Source: a virus (taxonomy: Duplodnaviria; Caudoviricetes). Taken from it: 64,000 bases of DNA. Below the pieces are notes generated by a model that had not been told where the DNA came from, did no database searches, and saw nothing but the letters and a program-made list of their open reading frames with translations. The number at the start of each line of letters is the position of its first letter. Within the stretch, counting starts at the first letter, position 1. The stretch lies in IMG/VR virus record IMGVR_UViG_3300024549_000205, positions 1 to 64,000 of that record; one strand, written 5' to 3'. This document shows, piece after piece, positions 56,917 through 64,000 of the stretch. The position numbers and the translations under genes were made by a program.

Positions 56917-57696
56917 CTAAGAACATATTCCTATTGCAGAATCAACATTTCCTGTTCCATTAACTTGGCAATTTGTTGAAGCTGAACTAAAATCAATTTC
57001 TATATGATAAAAATCACCATCACCTACAAATGGAATTGTTCCTCCAGGATTTGTATAAACAACACTACTAACTGATACAGTTTCACTACCAGGTATACCT
57101 GCTGTATTAGAAATCCAACACCCAGTATCTAAAATTTCACTACAAGCATCTGTTGGATGAGATGTACTTGATATTGAACCTTGTCTCAGACCACTTGGAG
57201 TTGTAGTGGTAGTAGTGGTTGGTGCTATAGTAGTGGTACTAGTAGATGTGCTTGTAGAACTACTAGTTGTTGTAGTGGTAGGAGTAGCAGTTGTACTAGT
57301 AGAAGTTGTACTACTACTTGTTGATGTTGTTGATGTTGTTGTACTACTTGTTGAACTACTAGTAGTGGTTGTTGTTGGAACTATTGTGGTTGTGGTAGTT
57401 GTTGTTGGTACAACAGTAGTAGTAGTTGTAGTAGTTGGACAACATACATTTAATTGACTATATATGTTAGTTATATCTTCTGTAATAACCATTACATCTT
57501 CTGTAAGAGTAATTATTTCTTCTGTAAGAATGTCAACGTTAGCTTTTACATCACATATAACAGCATCAAATTTACTAAGAATGTCATTTAATCCATCACA
57601 CGTATTTACATTTGTACAAGGAAGTGGAGTGCTATCATATTTGACAGCACTCGTTCCTATTATACTTGTGTTATTTATTTGAGAGCACTCAACCAT
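56917..57696 (-). CDS. Fibre/decoration protein: Cys anchor, coiled coil, ~80-aa Thr/Ser stalk, C-terminal YTNP domain
   Basis: Read directly from the translation. Confidence 0.75.
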   Translation of the reverse strand: MVECSQINNTSIIGTSAVKYDSTPLPCTNVNTCDGLNDILSKFDAVICDVKANVDILTEEIITLTEDVMVITEDITNIYSQLNVCCPTTTTTTTVVPTTTTTTTIVPTTTTTSSSTSSTTTSTTSTSSSTTSTSTTATPTTTTTSSSTSTSTSTTTIAPTTTTTTTPSGLRQGSISSTSHPTDACSEILDTGCWISNTAGIPGSETVSVSSVVYTNPGGTIPFVGDGDFYHIEIDFSSASTNCQVNGTGNVDSAIGICS

Positions 57697-57715
57697 TATT
57701 ATTTATTTTAAATTA

Positions 57716-59422
57716 TTAACAATAACTTATTGGATATTCAACACGTCCATCTGATCTAATTTCTACATATCCTGAAGCATCTCCAAGTATTTGTATATGC
57801 CACCATCTGTTAAGTCCATTAAAAGGACCAGAACCATCAGGATTTGTATATGCATATTTATTAAGACCAACAGTTTTGATATATAACGTGGTAGTTAATG
57901 CATAATCACAAATAACTGGTGAAGCAGTTTCTTTATTTTCAGTAGATATGAACATAGGTGCAAGACAACATTCATTAAGTTTTATAGGATCTGACACCTT
58001 AGTATTTTCTCCACCTATTTCTATATATTGTTCAATAAATGTATTAGTTCTACTTACACAAATAGTTTCAGTTCCAGCTTTATTAAATAAGAATGTGTAA
58101 TATTCATTAGAAAAACAAGCTTCATCTACATACACGTAAACTATACCATTGTCACTATCCAATAACTGTTCTTCAGTTACAGTAACTTCATAAACATAAC
58201 AATCGCAAAATATACTAGTAGTAGTAGTGGTTGTTGGTGCAATAGTAGTTGTGGTGGTAGTTGAACTACTGCTAGTTGTTGTAGTTGAACTAGAACTACT
58301 TGTAGTGGTAGTTGCAGGAACTGTAGTGGTTGTTGTAGTTGTTAATGCACAAGCTTCACCATATTGAAAACCTCCAGTTCCACATAAATATACAGGAGGT
58401 GGATAATTTAACATACAGAATGTAAGTAATTCACCTGAACTAGTTTCAACTGTTTGAACATTTCCTTCACAATCTGTATATTGAATTAATGCATAATCTT
58501 GATCTGGACAATTTGTACTAACATCAATTGATATTTCTATACAAGATAATTCTGCAGTGGTGGTAGTGGTAGTAGTTGGACATTGGTCATCAATACAATT
58601 TGCACCAATATTAATAGTTACAAACTCACTATCAGCAAGTCCACAACATCCACAAACTTTTATAGTTTCGTAAGCATCTATAAGAAGTCCACTAATTAAT
58701 GTACCAGTGCAATCTTCATAACTTATAGAATGTGAAACAGAATCACTGTTAGAGAATGTAAGACATTCACAAGGAATTGCTGTTGTTGTAGTGGTGGTTG
58801 TAGAACTAGTTGAACTAGTGGTAGAAGATGATGTAGTGGTAGTTGTTAAAGGAGCACAAGGACCGTTTGGTGTAACAATCACTGTACCTGGAACAGTTAG
58901 AGGACTATCTGTTATAACACAAATATTTGTATCTCCTGGCATCAATACTATAGCTTCTTGTTCTTGTGTAGTACAATCAGTAACAATTATAGCTACAGGA
59001 TCATCTCCTGTGTTACTTAATGAGAAGTTTTCACAAGGACGTACTGTAGTGGATGTACTAGTAGTAGTTGCAGAACAACATTCACCTAATGTATTGTATA
59101 TATTAATTATATCACCATTAATGTCTATCACTTGATTAGTGATGTTTGTAACTTGATTAGTTAGATAATTTATCTGTGTTATCAAATTACAAATAATCTC
59201 ATCTATCTTTTGTAACACTACATTAAGTGTATCACATGGTTCAGCCACTATACATGGTAATTCAGGACCATCATAGACAATAGTACTAGATATAGTTAAA
59301 TGAGTGCTACATGGATTGTTGTTGTTACAACTACTATTGGTAATTGTAGAACTACACCCACAAGGACTATTTAAAACCACCTCTGTACAACAAGGATTGA
59401 CTGGTAAAAAAGGATATGCCAT
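57716..59422 (-). CDS. Fibre/decoration protein: Cys anchor, coiled coil, repeated Cys-rich beads separated by poly-Thr
   Basis: Three C...[YT]xDC...C repeats, four Thr tracts, C-terminal YTNP domain. Confidence 0.75.
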   Translation of the reverse strand: MAYPFLPVNPCCTEVVLNSPCGCSSTITNSSCNNNNPCSTHLTISSTIVYDGPELPCIVAEPCDTLNVVLQKIDEIICNLITQINYLTNQVTNITNQVIDINGDIINIYNTLGECCSATTTSTSTTVRPCENFSLSNTGDDPVAIIVTDCTTQEQEAIVLMPGDTNICVITDSPLTVPGTVIVTPNGPCAPLTTTTTSSSTTSSTSSTTTTTTTAIPCECLTFSNSDSVSHSISYEDCTGTLISGLLIDAYETIKVCGCCGLADSEFVTINIGANCIDDQCPTTTTTTTAELSCIEISIDVSTNCPDQDYALIQYTDCEGNVQTVETSSGELLTFCMLNYPPPVYLCGTGGFQYGEACALTTTTTTTVPATTTTSSSSSTTTTSSSSTTTTTTIAPTTTTTTSIFCDCYVYEVTVTEEQLLDSDNGIVYVYVDEACFSNEYYTFLFNKAGTETICVSRTNTFIEQYIEIGGENTKVSDPIKLNECCLAPMFISTENKETASPVICDYALTTTLYIKTVGLNKYAYTNPDGSGPFNGLNRWWHIQILGDASGYVEIRSDGRVEYPISYC

Positions 59423-59434
59423 TTTGATAAGTTG

Positions 59435-60514
59435 TTAAGGAATATAAATAATATAACGACAACCAATTGATGGTTGAATATTTGAGTGACCTAAACCTCC
59501 TCCTGTCATAGCATTTGATACATTTACATTTACAGTTAAAGAAACTTCACTTGTATCTCCTGTACCTAATGTTCCTGTACCTGGAGAAAAAGCTGTTCCA
59601 TCTACATCCGATGAAGCTCTAACTATAGTATGTTTATGAGGATTTGGAGTAATGCTAGAGGTAACTGTAGGTTCGTGTGTATGTGAAGGAATTTGATTAC
59701 TATTTAATACAATTTGATTTGCTCCTGTAACAGTTCCTATAGAATAATTAGGATTACCTGCAATAGTAGGATCAACTGCTGCTGCCATTGTTCCTCCTAA
59801 CATTGTACCATCTGTAACACCAACTAATGTTCTACCTCTCATATCAGGAGTACCATTGTTACCATTACATAAATAAATATTAATCCAATCTCCTGTACCA
59901 GCTCCAGATCCATTAAAATATGTTATTGGACCATAATAAGGAACAGCAGCATAAGGAACCATTCTGTTTTTTATTAATGTATTTTGACCAGATGAATCTA
60001 TGTAGTCTTGAATTAAAGCATCTAGGTCATCTATTTGCACATATGTGTTAGGTAAGTTAAGTAGAAGTCCATTAAAATCTGTTTTTAATGTACACAATGT
60101 ATTAATTGTAACTTGTAATATAGAATGTGTACCAGAAGATGATGTAACTCCTGCTAAACAATTTGTTGTGTAAGGAGCTTCTATAACATTAATAGCTTCA
60201 TCTAATAAATCTAATTCTTCCTGTAATTTACATGTAGCTTTAATTAAAGCAATAGAAAGATCTAATACATTAATGTCTCTACACGTTGGAAGATATTGTT
60301 TCACTACATCACAAATAATTGATGAGTTAATATCTAATATAATTCCTGTACCATCTAATGTAGATGTAAGAAACGTAATTAGTGCTTGTTCTACAAAAGA
60401 TAGAGAATCACCAGTTTGAATTCCTAAGACAGGAACATCAATTCCTGTATATCTAACACATCTGTCAGAGACAATCTCTGTACATCCGTTATAACAATTT
60501 GAGCAATTGGACAT
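59435..60514 (-). CDS. Tail fibre protein with tail-collar domain
   Basis: YLCNGNNGTPDMRGR...QIPSHTH...TGGGLGHSNIQP; N-terminal Cys anchor module. Confidence 0.8.
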   Translation of the reverse strand: MSNCSNCYNGCTEIVSDRCVRYTGIDVPVLGIQTGDSLSFVEQALITFLTSTLDGTGIILDINSSIICDVVKQYLPTCRDINVLDLSIALIKATCKLQEELDLLDEAINVIEAPYTTNCLAGVTSSSGTHSILQVTINTLCTLKTDFNGLLLNLPNTYVQIDDLDALIQDYIDSSGQNTLIKNRMVPYAAVPYYGPITYFNGSGAGTGDWINIYLCNGNNGTPDMRGRTLVGVTDGTMLGGTMAAAVDPTIAGNPNYSIGTVTGANQIVLNSNQIPSHTHEPTVTSSITPNPHKHTIVRASSDVDGTAFSPGTGTLGTGDTSEVSLTVNVNVSNAMTGGGLGHSNIQPSIGCRYIIYIP

Positions 60515-60536
60515 ATTATTTTATTTTTAAAAAGAT

Positions 60537-61379
60537 TTAACAAGAGAAAGTTTGGTTAACTTGTCCAGTACCACTAGTTCTAATTCCATTGTTTGCTGAT
60601 ATATTTTTATACCATAAAGCTCCTCCAATAAATGGAATGGTTAATCCTGGATTAGTGTATACAAAACTTCCAAAAGATAATGTAGGACCACTTGTGTACA
60701 CTGTTATTGCTGCAACAGTTTCAGCACAAGCTAATGTATTGTCTGCTTTTCCTTCAGAAAGACCATGTGAAAAACTTACACTAGCTGTTGTGGTTGTTGT
60801 AGTAGTTGGTGGTATTGTAGTTGTACTAGTTGTACTAGAAGTGCTTGTACTTGTGCTAGTAGAGGTACTGGTACTCGTAGATGTGCTGGTACTACTTGAA
60901 CTAGTGGTAGTGGTGGTAGGTACTGCAGTAGTACTGGTACTTGTTGTTGTTGAGCTAGTACTGGTTGACGTGCTTGTACTACTAGAACTAGTAGTGGTAG
61001 TGGTTGGTACTAAAGTGGTACTAGTACTGGTTGTAGTACTGGTAGGATTTGGTACAATTGTAATGTCACAAGGTTCTTCTAAACAACGTTCTGGTTCATT
61101 ACATTTACTAACACATCCTGATGTAAGACGAATCACTCTACTAGCAATCATTTGTACAGAGTAGGTATGTACATAATTAGGATTGTAATATTTGTACATA
61201 AGAATTCTTCTATATCCAATTAATTGAAGTATGTCATTAGAAGGCACAGATTTATTCAACATATATGAAATATTGTTGTATAAGTTGTTGCCAAGTTCTG
61301 CCAACTTGCAATCTATTTTCTTAATTAAAGAAGGAATGTTTGCACATTCTGGACAATTAGTTAGTCTTGGTGATAACAT
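60537..61379 (-). CDS. Structural protein with ~85-aa Thr/Ser stalk and C-terminal YTNP domain
   Basis: Helical N-terminal domain, (TS)n/poly-T tract at ~60786-61043. Confidence 0.75.
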   Translation of the reverse strand: MLSPRLTNCPECANIPSLIKKIDCKLAELGNNLYNNISYMLNKSVPSNDILQLIGYRRILMYKYYNPNYVHTYSVQMIASRVIRLTSGCVSKCNEPERCLEEPCDITIVPNPTSTTTSTSTTLVPTTTTTSSSSTSTSTSTSSTTTSTSTTAVPTTTTTSSSSTSTSTSTSTSTSTSTSTSSTTSTTTIPPTTTTTTTASVSFSHGLSEGKADNTLACAETVAAITVYTSGPTLSFGSFVYTNPGLTIPFIGGALWYKNISANNGIRTSGTGQVNQTFSC

Positions 61380-61390
61380 AATCAGGTTTT

Positions 61391-61486
61391 TTATTTTTCA
61401 ACTTTAGATGCACAGTGTCCACATAACCCATTGGTTAATTGACATCCACATCCCACTCTAGCTCCGCATGAAGTACATTGTGCCAT
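61391..61486 (-). CDS. 31-aa Cys-rich microprotein (not in the supplied ORF track)
   Basis: Translated by hand: MAQCTSCGARVGCGCQLTNGLCGHCASKVEK; fills the gap between two structural genes. Confidence 0.75.
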   Translation of the reverse strand: MAQCTSCGARVGCGCQLTNGLCGHCASKVEK

Positions 61487-61488
61487 AA

Positions 61489-62052
61489 TTAATAAAAGTT
61501 TATTAGGTAGTTGTTACCAGAACAACCACAGTTGGATTTTAAAAAGTTGTTTAACATATTATCTGCTTGAGCATATAATGTGTTTGATTCATATTCTGCA
61601 CAGTTATTAGCTGCTGCAATAGCTCCTTGAATAAAGAAGTTGATTGTATTTAATTGTACACTAGATTGTGTTTTAAGTGCTCTATCACATTCCATCATAT
61701 TTAATTGAAGAAATGCGTTATCAAACTTTTCTTGAAGTTTATCAACACGTAAAATTGTCTTCTCTACATAATTTGCATATGCAGGAGCAACGGAATATTT
61801 AATTCTATATATTCCATCAGGAAGAGCTTGATTGCAACCAGGATCTGTTATTCCTAAATTAGATGATGTAAATACATTGATTTCATTAGGAACAAAAGGT
61901 AATATTTTGGTTCCAAATCCAGGAATGTCAATCTCAATAGATGGTGCAGAAACCACTGGAGGATTGGTAGGATATACAGAAGCATCTGCAACACCAAGTG
62001 TAAGTACACTATAAGTAGGAACTACTAATATATCTAATTGTAAGTTTGCCAT
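61489..62052 (-). CDS. Conserved crAss-like structural protein (tail hub-type by position)
   Basis: DAS.Y...LPDGIY.IKYSV.P motif; position in the capsid/tail module. Confidence 0.55.
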   Translation of the reverse strand: MANLQLDILVVPTYSVLTLGVADASVYPTNPPVVSAPSIEIDIPGFGTKILPFVPNEINVFTSSNLGITDPGCNQALPDGIYRIKYSVAPAYANYVEKTILRVDKLQEKFDNAFLQLNMMECDRALKTQSSVQLNTINFFIQGAIAAANNCAEYESNTLYAQADNMLNNFLKSNCGCSGNNYLINFY

Positions 62053-62060
62053 GTTGTTTT

Positions 62061-62108
62061 TAAATAAATATGCCAGAGGATGTGAGTTATCCTCTATCCC
62101 CTGGCATA
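62061..62108 (-). terminator. Rho-independent terminator after the 401-aa structural gene
   Basis: tatgccagaggat (62069-62081) / atcccctggcata (62096-62108) 13-bp stem with one G-U pair, then UUUAUUU. Confidence 0.75.
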
Positions 62109-62140
62109 GGTTATTATTAATTTACTCTCTTCTTTTATTC

Positions 62141-63346
62141 TTAAGGAATAAGAGTAGAAGTAGTAGTTGTTGTAGATGCAGGAGCACTAGAAGTAGTTGT
62201 TGTAGTTGTGATACAAGCATTGTTATCAACAACAGCACCTAAAGCACCTTCTAAGATAGCTTGGAACTCATCTGTAAGATCATTACCACCTTGAGGTACA
62301 GCAAGAATCACTGTAGAATCTTCCATGATATAATCACCCCATTGGTACTCAGATCTGTTATACTCGTTAAATCTAATATAGAAAGTGTTATAAATAGCAC
62401 CATCAGATACCCAAGACTCAAAGTTCTCGTTGTAACCATTCATTCTATATAAATGTTTCAAGTAACCAGCTTGGTAACTGTAGAAGTTTTTCTCTAATTG
62501 AGCAATTTCTGCAGATGTACCAGTAGCATAAGAAGCACGTTGTCTAATAATAGGATCAGCAACTAAATTACAAGCATCTGCTACAATAAAGTCAGCAGTT
62601 GTAGCTGGACCAGAATAAACAAAAGTTCTGAAAGACATTCTATCATATTCAAAAGGGAACGCTGCGATATCACAAGGTTGACCATATTTAGTTAATGGTT
62701 TTCCTGTAATACGTAATGTAGTTCCACCTATATTTTCAAATGTATAGAATGTAGAGAAAGAAATGTTGTCAGGGTTGTTTCCTGGAGCTTTCAAGTTTAA
62801 TTGATAGATCAAGTCATTGATGATAGTGTTATCACTTACATCATCACATGGATTGTCATCACAATTACAACATGGAGCTTGGATAGTTACTGAACGAGTA
62901 AAACCATTGAAATACAATGTATCAATATAAGAAGAGTGAGCACGTAAAGTTAACGTGATAACTTCTCCACATTGTACAGTGAAATTAGTTACATCAGTAA
63001 TTTGGTTTGCCGCAGTTGGACATCCTGTTACCTTGTACCATTCTGTTACATTAGAATTTTTTGCTACAATTGTTTGTGCTACTTGAGGAGTTCCTGGAAC
63101 AGGTACTACAGTTGTTGCAACACCAATCTTATCAGATCTTTTAGATCCTTGTAAATAAGTGTTTGTTCTACCTTGTGCAATGTAAAAGTACGGAAAGTTT
63201 TTAATAGTCGTACCAGTTACAGTAGCATACAAATTGTTAAAGATTCCCACAGTACCTTTATCAAGGTCTTGTGTTGAGCCAGAGCTAGGGACATCAGTTT
63301 GCCCTACTGGAACCACGAATAACGTGGTTAATGAAAAATCAGCCAT
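62141..63346 (-). CDS. Abundant structural protein (auxiliary capsid protein-like) with C-terminal poly-Thr tail
   Basis: 401 aa, beta-rich, followed by a terminator; ends CITTTTTTSSAPASTTTTTSTLIP; position in crAss-like gene order. Confidence 0.6.
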   Translation of the reverse strand: MADFSLTTLFVVPVGQTDVPSSGSTQDLDKGTVGIFNNLYATVTGTTIKNFPYFYIAQGRTNTYLQGSKRSDKIGVATTVVPVPGTPQVAQTIVAKNSNVTEWYKVTGCPTAANQITDVTNFTVQCGEVITLTLRAHSSYIDTLYFNGFTRSVTIQAPCCNCDDNPCDDVSDNTIINDLIYQLNLKAPGNNPDNISFSTFYTFENIGGTTLRITGKPLTKYGQPCDIAAFPFEYDRMSFRTFVYSGPATTADFIVADACNLVADPIIRQRASYATGTSAEIAQLEKNFYSYQAGYLKHLYRMNGYNENFESWVSDGAIYNTFYIRFNEYNRSEYQWGDYIMEDSTVILAVPQGGNDLTDEFQAILEGALGAVVDNNACITTTTTTSSAPASTTTTTSTLIP

Positions 63347-63374
63347 TTTTATTTATTTTAAATGTTAATAAAGT

Positions 63375-64000
63375 TTATTCGTTTGTTTGTATTCTGAATT
63401 GAGCACTCTGAGCTGCAGAAGCATTTTCAGTATACATTGCTAGATTTTGTACTGTTAAGTCTAACAATTCATCTTCTAAATATAATTCAAGTTCACAATC
63501 TTGATCAAATGATGGACTACCATCTAACATTATGTATCCTGTCTTATTTATATATTGAGGATATCTCATGTACATTATGTAAACTTTTGTTGGTGTGAAT
63601 GTACCATCTGTAAAATAACTTATCTCATCTGATGATAAAGAGTTGAATGTTTCTTGGTATTCAAAACTTGGTTTGTAATGATCGTTATTCATAATGAACT
63701 GAAGATCACCATGTTTTGCAAGATCTCGATTAATCCAAATCTTTCTATTCTTACATCTTCCTTTGTCTGCTAAAACATATGAATCTATATAGAACATATA
63801 TTGTGGCTCAAGATTGTGTACATACGTACACCATTGATTTATTTCAGGATTCTTTAATATAAGATCTAGAGGTTGGTGATTATAATTCATTATAAGACTT
63901 TGTAAGTCTTCATAACGTTTCTTAAACGAATCCATCCCTAATCCACTAGTAACACTAAGACCATCAACTTTTTGTTTTATCAACTTGATCTGAGCCTCAT
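63375..64000 (-). CDS. Ring/neck structural protein (5'-truncated by the window edge)
   Basis: Frame stays open to the window end (EAQIKLIKQK...); YMRYP...DCEL...EDELLDLTV. Confidence 0.6.
   Translation of the reverse strand, partial: EAQIKLIKQKVDGLSVTSGLGMDSFKKRYEDLQSLIMNYNHQPLDLILKNPEINQWCTYVHNLEPQYMFYIDSYVLADKGRCKNRKIWINRDLAKHGDLQFIMNNDHYKPSFEYQETFNSLSSDEISYFTDGTFTPTKVYIMYMRYPQYINKTGYIMLDGSPSFDQDCELELYLEDELLDLTVQNLAMYTENASAAQSAQFRIQTNE

Noticed and set aside
57206-61164. Plus-strand poly-Val ORFs (57206..57457, 58791..59135, 60589..61164; also 47631..47876)
   Set aside because: Antisense shadows of the poly-Thr/Ser codons on the minus strand; not independent genes.
56570-62210. gta/gtg/gtt-rich repetitive DNA as a possible CRISPR array, DGR or satellite
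   Set aside because: No constant repeat-spacer periodicity, no TR/VR pair or reverse transcriptase seen; fully explained by poly-Thr coding.
1-64000. Stop-codon reassignment (TAG or TGA), common in some crAss-like phages
   Set aside because: Code 11 gives near-complete coding density, including an uninterrupted 5052-aa ORF. TAG and TGA end genes at sensible positions, and reading through the TGA at 8330 does not restore the endonuclease.
1-64000. tRNA or other structured RNA genes
   Set aside because: Intergenic gaps are short and AT-rich; no cloverleaf or T-loop (GTTCGA) context was recognised. tRNAscan/Infernal would be needed to exclude them formally.

Overview
AT-rich, densely coding segment of a crAss-like (Crassvirales-type, podovirus-like) phage genome; TAnnTTTG promoter elements point to a Bacteroidota host. 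Standard genetic code. A short plus-strand block (GroES-like co-chaperonin, homing endonuclease, glycosyltransferase / sugar O-methyltransferase / glycosyltransferase) converges at a bidirectional terminator (~2960) with a ~61 kb minus-strand virion/lysis region. In transcription order that region holds ring/auxiliary capsid genes, Cys-rich poly-Thr decoration/fibre genes, a phosphoesterase, an IHF-like gene, tail ring and a split muzzle (stabilization) gene, five giant cargo genes including a 5052-aa virion RNA polymerase (GSDFDID), a lysis cassette, a fourth glycosyltransferase and a cluster of small basic proteins. The best candidates for undescribed biology are: (1) a putative virion protein O-glycosylation system, pairing a plant GT95/GT96-like peptidyl glycosyltransferase and three more glycan enzymes with mucin-like poly-Thr stalks on seven structural proteins; (2) a PAS-sensor membrane protein embedded in the lysis cassette; (3) an AQxG...xxxGG motif grammar that brackets payload domains in cargo and small basic proteins; (4) effector-like cassettes in injected proteins (phosphothreonine-lyase-like, macrodomain-like, nucleotidyltransferase, PD-(D/E)xK). 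All family calls are by-eye motif recognition; no database search was run.
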